Below the pieces are notes generated by a model. The model had not been told where the DNA came from. It ran no database searches and saw only the letters and a list, made by a program, of their open reading frames with translations. DNA of 64,000 nt, taken from the NCBI GenBank assembly GCA_039028775.1, contig JBCCHL010000002.1, forward strand, positions 44 through 64,043, read 5' to 3'. The stretch comes from Pseudomonadota bacterium. Its GTDB lineage: Bacteria > Pseudomonadota > Gammaproteobacteria > Pseudomonadales > Azotimanducaceae. This document shows, piece after piece, positions 9,956 to 18,105 of this stretch; positions within the stretch are counted from its first letter, which is position 1; every line of letters starts with the position of its first letter. Position numbers and translations under genes: made by a program.

Positions 9956-10927
9956 CTAGCGCAGCACCGCCTGCTTGTCCCAGCTGACCCGGCGCTGCAA
10001 CATCAGCATCGCTCGGTCCAGGAGGAAACCGATCAAGCCGATGGTTAACACCGCAACCATAATGCGACTAAGAGAGTTGGAAGAACCGTTCTGGAATTCG
10101 TCCCAGATGAATTTGCCCAGGCCGGGATTCTGCGCCAGCATTTCCGCGGCGATCAGCACCATCCAGCCCGTGGCCAGGGACAGGCGCAGACCGGTGAAAA
10201 TCATCGGCACCGAGGCCGGTAAGACAATGCGTACCACGTTGGTGGCGGCGTTGAGTTTGATCACCCGGCCGACGTTCACCAGGTCTCGATCGATACCCGC
10301 AACCCCCACGGTGGTGTTGATCACGGTTGGCCACAGGCAACACAACGTCACCGTGAATGCCGAATTGAGAAACGACTTCTCGAACATAGGGTCTTCCGAG
10401 ACATAGACCGCGCTGACCACCATGGTCACCAGCGGCAACCAGGCCAACGGAGAGACCGGCTTGAACACTTGAATGATCGGGTTCACCGCTTGATACACGT
10501 TCTCGCTCAAACCACAGAGTATCCCGAGGGGAATGGCGACCAAGGAGGCCAACAAAAAACCAAACGCAACCGTGTAGAGACTTGTGAATATCTGATCGAG
10601 AAACGTGGGTTTGCCGGTGTATTTGCGCCACTTGATCGTCGCGTCCGGGTTTTTTTCCAACTTTTTGGCGTTACGCGATTCCTGGCGCTCGTAGAATGCC
10701 GCGGCTTTCTCGCGCTCGCGCTGGTGCTCCTGATACAGCGCCTGGCTCTGCGTCCACACCTGGGCGGGACCGGGAAACTGCCCGAGGGAGGTGTTGATAT
10801 TCCCCGCCACGATGTGCCAGAACAGCAGAAACAGCGCTATCCCGACCGCCGGGATAACACTGCTAGCCATGAATTTGGGGGCCTGCCGGGAAAATCCCAG
10901 CAAGCGCTCCACAGCAAGGGATGTCAT
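9956..10927 (-). CDS. nrtB: Nitrate ABC transporter permease
   Basis: [42 protein letters not shown]...[13 protein letters not shown]. Confidence 0.92.
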   Translation of the reverse strand: MTSLAVERLLGFSRQAPKFMASSVIPAVGIALFLLFWHIVAGNINTSLGQFPGPAQVWTQSQALYQEHQREREKAAAFYERQESRNAKKLEKNPDATIKWRKYTGKPTFLDQIFTSLYTVAFGFLLASLVAIPLGILCGLSENVYQAVNPIIQVFKPVSPLAWLPLVTMVVSAVYVSEDPMFEKSFLNSAFTVTLCCLWPTVINTTVGVAGIDRDLVNVGRVIKLNAATNVVRIVLPASVPMIFTGLRLSLATGWMVLIAAEMLAQNPGLGKFIWDEFQNGSSNSLSRIMVAVLTIGLIGFLLDRAMLMLQRRVSWDKQAVLR

Positions 10928-12279
10928 AGAATTTCGTCCTTAAGACCGATCGGGAACGATTTGAGATACTCGTTAGGTTTGGTGCCATCATAGGTCACCC
11001 CGTCGATGAACTCGGTCTGCGGTGCGCGAAAGCCACTCTCGGTGGAGAAGTCCGGAAAGTCCGACGCCTCCATGTGTCCTTCGGCGATCAATTCTTTTGC
11101 GGCGAGCTCATACAGGTCCGGGCGGTACACACTTTTGGCCACATCGTGGTACCAGGCGTCGTTTTTGGGTGCGTCGATCTGGCCCCAGCGGCGCATCTGC
11201 GATAGATACCAGACCGCGTCGGAGTAGTAGGGATAGGTCGCGAAATAGCGGAAGAAGACATTAAAGTCCGGCACGTCGCGTTTATCGCCTTTCTCATATT
11301 CGAAGGTCCCGGTCATCGAGTTGGCGATGACCTCTGCATCCGCGCCGACATACTCGCTGCGGGACAGTATTTCCACCGCCTCCATGCGGTTAGCATTGTC
11401 GTTTTCATCAAGCCCTTTGGCAGCGCGCAAAAGAGCTTTAACTACGCGTATAGTCGTATTGGGATACTTCTCGGTGAACTCCTTTGTCATCCCGAAGACC
11501 TTTTCCGGATTGTCCTTCCAGATCTCGTAATCGGTTATGACGGGGACACCGATTCCCTTGAATACCGCTTGCTGATTCCACGGCTCCCCGACGCAGTAGC
11601 CGTAGATTGTGCCGGCCTCCAAGGTCGCAGGCATCTGCGGCGGGGGCGTCACGGACAGCAGGACCTCGGCGTCGATTTGCCCGCTGATGTCCCCCTTGTG
11701 CGGCGCGTAGAAGCCGGGATGCAGGCCTCCCGCAGCCAGCCAATAACGCAGCTCATAGTTGTGGGTAGACACGGGAAACACCATGCCCATGTTGAACGGC
11801 TTGCCATCGGCAATGTAACTGTCCACCACGGGTTTCAGATAGTCTGCCTTGATCGGATGGACCGGCCGCCCGTCCGCCATTTTGGGGATGTTAGGCTTCA
11901 TCGCCTGCCACACGGCATTCGATACGGTGATGCCGTTCCCATTCAGATCCATCGAAAAGGGTGTGACGATGTGTGCTTTGGTGCCGAAACCGATGGTGGC
12001 TGCCAGAGGTTGGCCCGCCAGCATGTGAGCGCCGTCGAGTTGGCCATCGATCACGCCGTCGAGCAGAACTTTCCAGTTCGCCTGGGCTTCGATCGTGACA
12101 TACAGATCTTCGTCTTCGAAGTAGCCGTTCTCATAAGCCACCGCGATGGGCGCCATGTCGGTCAATTTGATGAACCCGAAAGTCAGCTCATCCTTTTCCG
12201 GTTCCCCCACCTCGGCGATGCTCGAAACGGGCAGGACAACACACATCACAACTGCGAGAAATCGTTTCACTAAATGCAT
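10924..12279 (-). CDS. nrtA: Nitrate ABC transporter substrate-binding protein (CmpA/NrtA)
   Basis: [48 protein letters not shown]; signal peptide after ATG 12279 (TTG 12294 is an alternative start). Confidence 0.93.
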   Translation of the reverse strand: MHLVKRFLAVVMCVVLPVSSIAEVGEPEKDELTFGFIKLTDMAPIAVAYENGYFEDEDLYVTIEAQANWKVLLDGVIDGQLDGAHMLAGQPLAATIGFGTKAHIVTPFSMDLNGNGITVSNAVWQAMKPNIPKMADGRPVHPIKADYLKPVVDSYIADGKPFNMGMVFPVSTHNYELRYWLAAGGLHPGFYAPHKGDISGQIDAEVLLSVTPPPQMPATLEAGTIYGYCVGEPWNQQAVFKGIGVPVITDYEIWKDNPEKVFGMTKEFTEKYPNTTIRVVKALLRAAKGLDENDNANRMEAVEILSRSEYVGADAEVIANSMTGTFEYEKGDKRDVPDFNVFFRYFATYPYYSDAVWYLSQMRRWGQIDAPKNDAWYHDVAKSVYRPDLYELAAKELIAEGHMEASDFPDFSTESGFRAPQTEFIDGVTYDGTKPNEYLKSFPIGLKDEIL

Positions 12280-12315
12280 AATTTCGTAATCCAAATAAAG
12301 CTAAAATCGGTGCCT

Positions 12316-12381
12316 AAAACGCAAAGCGCCCGTCCCTCAAGCCCGGTACCACCGAGACTCCAGAGACGGGCGCCTTTGCCC
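12316..12381 (-). ncRNA. ANTAR-responsive leader: GGGC-AAAGGC-GCCC hairpin overlapping a terminator-like stem
   Basis: Minus strand 12381-12368 gives a 4-bp stem and hexaloop with A1/G4. Its bases also pair (GCAAAGGCGCCCGUC with GACGGGCGCUUUGC, 12321-12334) in a long stem followed by GUUUUA. nasT lies upstream. Confidence 0.8.
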
Positions 12382-12415
12382 AAACAGCCACACAGAAAAT
12401 TGTCATAAGCGGAGA

Positions 12416-12432
12416 TTCAATTCTTGTGCCAA
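12416..12432 (-). promoter_or_regulatory. sigma54 promoter for nrtABC-nasC-nirBD-nasA-cobA
   Basis: TTGGCACAAGAATTGAA: consensus -24 TGGCAC, correct spacing, -12 reads TTGA instead of TTGC. Confidence 0.7.
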
Positions 12433-12613
12433 CTTTCGCGGGCCCGACTTAAAGCGGCCAAAAGTTCGCACGGGTAGCCCTTACGAGCGGTGTGGTATCG
12501 CTAAAACAGGCGCTTCAGCGCATCTGCGCCGCATCTGCGCCGCGTCGGAAGATCACAGGTGAGCATCCTGTCTGCCGACACCAGGACTAAACATCGAGGA
12601 GGATGATGCGCAG

Positions 12614-12630
12614 CGCACCACAATGGTGCC
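12614..12630. promoter_or_regulatory. NtrC-type enhancer box (second half-site at 12645)
   Basis: CGCACCACAATGGTGCC against consensus TGCACCA-N3-TGGTGCA; ~180 bp upstream of the sigma54 site; a CGCACC half-site lies 31 bp further on. Confidence 0.75.
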
Positions 12631-12688
12631 GTGGGAGACCGCCACGCACCGAGTTGATCACCCGCGCCCAGGATTATCCCCATCGACC

Positions 12689-13762
12689 TCACAACCATTG
12701 TTGGGTTTGTTCATAGAGGTCGTCGCGCCAGGTACTCTCCACCAGGGATTGCAACCGTGCCGCGGACAACGGCTGCCCCAACAACGCGACACACTCCTGC
12801 ACCATGGTCAATGCCATGTGCAGATCGGGTCGATTTACGGAAGGGCCAAAGAAACTGTGCAGCGCGCGCAGCGACGGCTTAAAACCCTGTCCGATCACCT
12901 CGATCTCGCCGGACAGCGCGGGCAGCAGCGTCTCCTCCGGCAGATCCAGGTATTCGACAGCGCCGAGGATGTGCGCCGCATCGCGCTGGTGCTGAGTTCG
13001 TGACAGCCAGGCGCACGCCCGCAGCAATGCCAGGCGCAAGCGCAGGTGGCTATGCGGACAGGCCTGGTGAACATCCGCGCGAACCGCGAGTACTTTCTCG
13101 GCCACATCCGGCCAGATATCCTGGCCTAACGCAATGGTCGCTCCCGCACCACCACGACTGGCAATTGTGTTCCACGGCTCACCCACACAGAAGCCTTCGA
13201 TGAGCCCCGACTCGAGACTGTCCACCATCTGGCTCGGTGGGATGACCAAAGTCCGGACATCCACGTCCGGATCGAGCCCAGCACTCTCGAACCAGCGACG
13301 CAGCAGGAGGGTATGGGTGGAGAACGCATGCACGGTGGCGAACGTGAACGGTGCCGTCCGCTCCTTGGCCAGTTGCCCCATCGCCTGAGGAATACTCACC
13401 GCACCACCGATATCGAAACACGCCTGTACGTGCTTTAGGAGCGAGTTGTGGAGGGTGATCGCATTGCCGTTGGTCGACAGCACGAGGCCCGCCAGCATAT
13501 GCACCCGCACGCCACTGACCCCCAGTGTGGACATCGCCGGCAGCGGCGCGAGCATGTGAGCCGCATCGAGATCCCCGCTGGCTAACTTGTCGCGCAGGTT
13601 CGCCCAGGAGACCTCCTGGCGCAAAGCCACGTCCAGGCCAAGATCTCGGAAGAACCCAAGCTCCTGGGCGATGATCAGGGGGGCGGCATCTGTAAGACGC
13701 ATATAACCAACTTGCCAACGCGTTTTCTCTGCGGCCGGTAAGGTTTCGAAGCTCACAGTCAA
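12689..13762 (-). CDS. nasS: NasS nitrate sensor (cytoplasmic NrtA-like protein)
   Basis: VGYMRLTDAAPLIIAQELG, DAAHMLAPLP, GFCVGEPWN; no signal peptide; overlaps nasT. Confidence 0.88.
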   Translation of the reverse strand: MTVSFETLPAAEKTRWQVGYMRLTDAAPLIIAQELGFFRDLGLDVALRQEVSWANLRDKLASGDLDAAHMLAPLPAMSTLGVSGVRVHMLAGLVLSTNGNAITLHNSLLKHVQACFDIGGAVSIPQAMGQLAKERTAPFTFATVHAFSTHTLLLRRWFESAGLDPDVDVRTLVIPPSQMVDSLESGLIEGFCVGEPWNTIASRGGAGATIALGQDIWPDVAEKVLAVRADVHQACPHSHLRLRLALLRACAWLSRTQHQRDAAHILGAVEYLDLPEETLLPALSGEIEVIGQGFKPSLRALHSFFGPSVNRPDLHMALTMVQECVALLGQPLSAARLQSLVESTWRDDLYEQTQQWL

Positions 13763-14355
13763 CGCTCCCTCGTTTGGTCCAACATACGCTTGGCCACATC
13801 GGCGATCGATGCACCGCAGGACATCGCTTGCGCGCGCAGGCGAGCATACGCCTCGGCCTCATCGATACCCGCTGAGCGTATCAGCAGGCGCTTGGCCTGA
13901 TCGATGGCGTGCGCGTCGTCGAGTTCGGCCTGGGTTTCCTGCAATTGCGTGCGCAGATTCTGGAATAGGCGAAACTGAGCTATCGCAACTTCTATCGCCG
14001 GTTTCACCTGCTCGACATCAATTTCTCCCACCAGATAGGCGGACACGCCCGCATCGACCGCTTTGTTTATATAGGCGGGGTCGTCTTGCCCACTGAACAT
14101 GACCACCGGCGTCGGTTGATGGATGGCGAGGATGGAGAGGCTCTCGAGAATGTCCCGGCCTGGCGCGGCCATATCTACGATCACCACATCCGGCGCAAGG
14201 TCAGACATCACTTTTAGAACGCGCACCGCGTTATCTACGACCGTTTGCGTGTCGTATCCCATCTCGAGCAGCGCCAGCTGCAACTCAGCAGCACGCTCGG
14301 CGTCGTCATCGACCAGGAGCACTTTGAGCCCTCTCGTCGCATGTCGCGAACCCAA
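13759..14355 (-). CDS. nasT: NasT ANTAR-domain antiterminator (pseudo-receiver + ANTAR)
   Basis: LKVLLVDDD, PTPVVMFS, AGVSAY; C-terminal IDQAKRLLI...EAEAYARLRAQAM (ANTAR). Confidence 0.9.
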   Translation of the reverse strand: MGSRHATRGLKVLLVDDDAERAAELQLALLEMGYDTQTVVDNAVRVLKVMSDLAPDVVIVDMAAPGRDILESLSILAIHQPTPVVMFSGQDDPAYINKAVDAGVSAYLVGEIDVEQVKPAIEVAIAQFRLFQNLRTQLQETQAELDDAHAIDQAKRLLIRSAGIDEAEAYARLRAQAMSCGASIADVAKRMLDQTRER

Positions 14356-14394
14356 TTCTTATTCCAGATCTGTGAGTACTACGGTCTGTAGGAA

Positions 14395-14411
14395 TGCAAG
14401 GCGAGTGCCAA
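14395..14411 (-). promoter_or_regulatory. sigma54 promoter for nasTS
   Basis: TTGGCACTCGCCTTGCA, a near-perfect -24/-12 consensus, 40 bp upstream of nasT. Confidence 0.85.
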
Positions 14412-14551
14412 TTGCCAGACAACCTATCGAGGGACGAAGTACGTGTTTTCGAGGATCGGGCGTGGCCGATCAGAACGGACACCAGATGGGGTTAACACAA
14501 TGCTCGGCGATGAAAGGAGCGCCGACCACCTATGCCTCGAGACGGCTACGG

Positions 14552-14599
14552 CGCACCTTCGAGAGGCACGGTGCGCGCGTATCGCATCATCCCGGTGCA
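14552..14599. promoter_or_regulatory. Tandem NtrC-type boxes upstream of the nasTS promoter
   Basis: CGCATCATCCCGGTGCA (14583-14599) and a weaker CGCACCTTCGAGAGGCA (14552-14568), 31 bp apart. Confidence 0.55.
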
Positions 14600-14620
14600 T
14601 GAGTTGTTGGCCGATGTTTG

Positions 14621-15826
14621 CTACAGAGCCATGATCAGGCTGAACCAGATTTTGGTGGTATCCGTCGCAAAATCATCCGCACTGTAGTCCGCAAACTTCA
14701 GCTGACCATTCAAACCCTTCATCACGGTGAAATTAGCGACTACGTTCACCTCACTCCCGTAGTCGATGGAACCTTCGTCCGAGGTAAAGTCATGATAGGT
14801 TGCCGCCAGCTTCACCGGTCCGAGCTTGCCCGCTACGCCGAAGTAGAGATCTTCAATACCGTTCCCGGGTGTGCCCAGAAACTTGTCAGCCCACCCCTGG
14901 AACTTGTGCAAGGTCGCGAGCGGGGTGCGGAACGCGGCAACGCCGTCATCGCTGCCGAGGACCTCATAGCCAACACTTAGCGTTACCGGATCGAGTTTGA
15001 AACCGGCACTCAGGGCGTAAAAGTCAGCATCATAGCTCAGAGGGGAATCGCCGTAGTCGGATTGGGTCGCGTAGGTCCCGACAACTTTTGCCGGACCGAT
15101 CTGGCCGCGATAACTCACGCCGAAGGTGCTGGTCGAGTTGGGCAGGCCATTGTCGTTCTCAAAATCCAACAAATAAGCAAACGCTTCGAAGCTGTGGTTT
15201 TCTTCGGCTTTAAATTTGGCCAGCAACATATGCGAGTTGCTGCGCCAGTCCGAGGGTTGTGCGCCGTCATCAGGACCGAAGATGCGATTGACGTTCCAAA
15301 CGTAGCTGTAGTCCACGCTGAACGCATCGCTGATCGGCGCCTCGATACGCAACGCGTCATAGGTCTGCTCATTTTGTCGCCAACCCACACCGCCAACGAA
15401 ACGCTGATCGGTCTGCAGATTACGCTGGCGTCCGAATGTAGCCGCAAAACCATCCCCCTTGTACTTCAGGAACGCCTGATTGAGATCGAAGCCTTCAGGG
15501 TCGGCCACGACCGGAAACTGAGTCTGACCGTTAGCGGTAGAGTTATATCTTTCGGAACCGATAAGAGCTACGTAATCCGCTTCGATGCCCCCGACCCACT
15601 TCCCGATCGCGCCGGACGCCCAGGTCAGCCTTCCGCGCAACGTCGAAGCACCGGCCTCTTTGTCCACCCCGTCCTGGTCCACATGCTCATAGCGATAGCG
15701 CAGGTTAAATTTGGTGCTGCTCTGCGCAACCGCCTCTTTGATATCGTCGATACCATTGGCATGTGCGGCCATGGTTGCGAACCCTACAGTGGTTAGTGCC
15801 AGTATCAGGCTGGACCGTAAAAACAT
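14621..15826 (-). CDS. Outer-membrane beta-barrel porin, alginate-export (AlgE-like) family, nas-linked
   Basis: Signal peptide from ATG 15826 (GGAG SD); RYRYEHVDQ, FRTPLATLHKFQGWADKF; alternating beta-strand C-terminus. Confidence 0.8.
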   Translation of the reverse strand: MFLRSSLILALTTVGFATMAAHANGIDDIKEAVAQSSTKFNLRYRYEHVDQDGVDKEAGASTLRGRLTWASGAIGKWVGGIEADYVALIGSERYNSTANGQTQFPVVADPEGFDLNQAFLKYKGDGFAATFGRQRNLQTDQRFVGGVGWRQNEQTYDALRIEAPISDAFSVDYSYVWNVNRIFGPDDGAQPSDWRSNSHMLLAKFKAEENHSFEAFAYLLDFENDNGLPNSTSTFGVSYRGQIGPAKVVGTYATQSDYGDSPLSYDADFYALSAGFKLDPVTLSVGYEVLGSDDGVAAFRTPLATLHKFQGWADKFLGTPGNGIEDLYFGVAGKLGPVKLAATYHDFTSDEGSIDYGSEVNVVANFTVMKGLNGQLKFADYSADDFATDTTKIWFSLIMAL

Positions 15827-15837
15827 TTTCAAACTCC

Positions 15838-15882
15838 AAAAAAAAGTCCGATGCAGCCGAGGCTGCACCGGACACCATTGTC
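15838..15882 (-). terminator. ANTAR hairpin (GAC-AAUGGU-GUC) overlapping an intrinsic terminator in the porin leader
   Basis: Minus strand: GACAATGGTGTC (15882-15871) shares GTC with a 12-bp stem GTCCGGTGCAGC-CTCG-GCTGCATCGGAC followed by T8 (15845-15838), just before the SD. Confidence 0.85.
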
Positions 15883-15942
15883 ATGAATAGTCTGCTTATT
15901 TCCGCGTGCTCCATAAATGAGTCCACGCGCTAAGGAAAGCAA

Positions 15943-15959
15943 TTCAAGAAGCGGGCCAA
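15943..15959 (-). promoter_or_regulatory. Putative sigma54 promoter for the porin
   Basis: TTGGCCCGCTTCTTGAA: GG-N10-GA spacing, with the same TTGAA -12 variant as the nrtA promoter. Confidence 0.55.
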
Positions 15960-16009
15960 GTCCCAAACCCACAAGAAACGGAGCAATATCCAGTGCGTTC
16001 GAGGGTTCT

Positions 16010-16026
16010 TGCACGAAAGATGTGCA
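16010..16026. promoter_or_regulatory. NtrC-type box upstream of the porin
   Basis: TGCAC-GAAAGAT-GTGCA (TGCAC-N7-GTGCA); only ~50 bp from the -24 element, which is close for an enhancer. Confidence 0.5.
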
Positions 16027-16149
16027 GCGTAAAGGGCACGCGCTTTAAATCAGCGCACAGATTATGCAGCGGCCCGCACCGCCACCACACCGTCAAAGAG
16101 GCAAGTTATCCAACGATATCTATTCGGGGCATGAGATATTGAGGCCGTT

Positions 16150-18102
16150 CTACGAGGAACGACCGGCCAAAGCTTCGCGCAGCGGCCCAAGCCAGGGCTC
16201 GAAGTGACGCCACTGCTCCACACCGGCACTGGAGATGGGCTGCCTGACCTGCTGCGAACTCGGCGTGCGGATATTGCGTTCGGTCTCATAGAACCGCAGG
16301 CAAGCAGCTTCGAAGGGTAACTCGCAGAACTCCAGCATGCGGCGCACCTGGCCTTCCAGATCGGCCACCACGTCCTCATTGTTTACCTGCAAGACAAAAC
16401 CAGGCAGGGTCCGAGCCCAGTGCGCCATCAGCGCCTCATAGTCGAGATAGTAGTGACCGATGTCCCGCAGGTCGTAGGAAAATTCCTGGCCTTCTGCAAA
16501 CAGCTGTTTGTAGCCGCTGAAGCAGCACGCCATGGCGTCACGCCGGGCATCGATAATCTTCGCTCGCGGCAAGATCATCTTGATCAGCCCGATATGACGG
16601 AAATTGTTGGGCATCTTATCTATGAAAAAAGGAGCCCCCGCCCGATGGATGCGCGTATCTTCTATAAAGGCCTCACCCATCTCCCGACACTCGGCCGTAG
16701 ACAGCGTATTCAGCACCGCCGGATAACCTCCACCGTCCTTGCGCCGGCGCAGGCGCTGGGACAGCGACAAGATATTGGGCAATTCCAGGGTGCCGTCGAT
16801 CTGGCTGTGGGAGGCGAGGATCTGCTCGAGCAAGGTTGAACCCGCCCGGGGCAGGCCGACCACAAAGATCGGCGCTGGGTCCTCGCAACCCGACCGACTG
16901 TGGCTGCCAAAGAAGTCGGCGGTGCAGGTCTGTGCGACCGCGCGCATCTCAGCCGCCATTTGCTGCGCATCGTAGCGACTCTGAGCTTTCTTCAGCGCGT
17001 TGCCCTGCTGATAAAAGTCGAACGCCCGCGCAAACTCTGCACGATCCTCGTATGCCTTGCCCAGCGCAAAGTTGACGTAGACCCGATCCATGAATCCCAG
17101 ATCGGGATCATCATGCACACCCAGCATCTGGTCGACCTGCTCCGCACTGAAACGATAGGTTTTAAGGTTTGCCAGTGCGTAGTGGGACTCACCGTGCTGG
17201 GGCCGTGCCACCGCCGCCTTTGCATAGGCCGCAACCGCCGCCTCGGCGCGATCACTGGTTTTGAGTGCATGGCCATAAGTTACCAGTGTCTGCGGATCTT
17301 CGGGAATCTCTTGCAGCACGTTCTCGAGCATGTCGAGCGCCTTGTCAAACTCTCCCGTCTGCATATGCTCTACGGCACATTGGGACTTCACCTGCAGATT
17401 GTCGGGGTGTGCGGCCAGCAACTTCAGCGCTTGGTCTTTGGCCGCGGCAAACTTCTGACGCTTGCGCAGGACGTTGACGTATTCCATCTGCACGTGCAGA
17501 TCGTCGGGTTCGAACGCCACCGCCGACTCGAGGAGAAACTCAGCATCTTCGAGCACGCCGAGGCGTATCCCAATGTCGGCCAGCAGCCGCATGCCATCCA
17601 CACTGTCCGGCTGCTTTAGAAGGAAAGCGCGACAGATCTCCTCCGCTTTGAGCAACTTGTTCTGGGAGATCAGGTCCATCACGGTGCGCAGCTCTTCCGG
17701 CACTGCCAACAAGCGCTGCAACTGACCCTGCATCTGCAACGCCAGGCGCGGTCGCTCGAGACCGTGAAGGATCTCGACACTCTCGCGCAAGCTCGCGACC
17801 AGAGAAGGATTGAGACGCAGGGCGCGCCCATACGCCTGCAGGGCGAGTTCGCCAGCACCTGCGTCGCGATAGAGGTGGCCTTCTTCCTGGTGCGCGCGGC
17901 TGTGTCCAGGCGCGAGGCGCTTCAGACGGGCCAGCGTGTCCAGCGCCGGCTGGGGTTGTCTCGCGTAGCGCAGAGCCACCGCTTGCAGATAGAGCGCTTC
18001 CAAATCGTCGGGCATTTCGCCCAGATGGGTTTCGAGATCGCTCAGCGCCACGCCAAGCTCGCCCGCCGCGAGCTTGGCCCGTACCTGCGCTAAGTCAGAC
18101 AC
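16150..18102 (-). CDS. TPR-repeat protein with C-terminal PAPS-dependent sulfotransferase domain
   Basis: Multiple TPR-like helical repeats; FVVGLPRAGSTLLEQIL (5'-PSB), FIDKMPNNF, RRDAMACCFS (3'-PB), RTPSSQQVRQPI. Confidence 0.9.
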   Translation of the reverse strand: MSDLAQVRAKLAAGELGVALSDLETHLGEMPDDLEALYLQAVALRYARQPQPALDTLARLKRLAPGHSRAHQEEGHLYRDAGAGELALQAYGRALRLNPSLVASLRESVEILHGLERPRLALQMQGQLQRLLAVPEELRTVMDLISQNKLLKAEEICRAFLLKQPDSVDGMRLLADIGIRLGVLEDAEFLLESAVAFEPDDLHVQMEYVNVLRKRQKFAAAKDQALKLLAAHPDNLQVKSQCAVEHMQTGEFDKALDMLENVLQEIPEDPQTLVTYGHALKTSDRAEAAVAAYAKAAVARPQHGESHYALANLKTYRFSAEQVDQMLGVHDDPDLGFMDRVYVNFALGKAYEDRAEFARAFDFYQQGNALKKAQSRYDAQQMAAEMRAVAQTCTADFFGSHSRSGCEDPAPIFVVGLPRAGSTLLEQILASHSQIDGTLELPNILSLSQRLRRRKDGGGYPAVLNTLSTAECREMGEAFIEDTRIHRAGAPFFIDKMPNNFRHIGLIKMILPRAKIIDARRDAMACCFSGYKQLFAEGQEFSYDLRDIGHYYLDYEALMAHWARTLPGFVLQVNNEDVVADLEGQVRRMLEFCELPFEAACLRFYETERNIRTPSSQQVRQPISSAGVEQWRHFEPWLGPLREALAGRSS

Positions 18103-18105
18103 ACT

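Noticed and set aside
15827-15868. N-terminal extension of the porin ORF in the ORF track
   Set aside because: It overlaps the terminator; the SD and signal peptide support ATG 15826. Similar over-extensions were trimmed for the TBDRs, MarR, TetR, MFP, patatin and final MFS.
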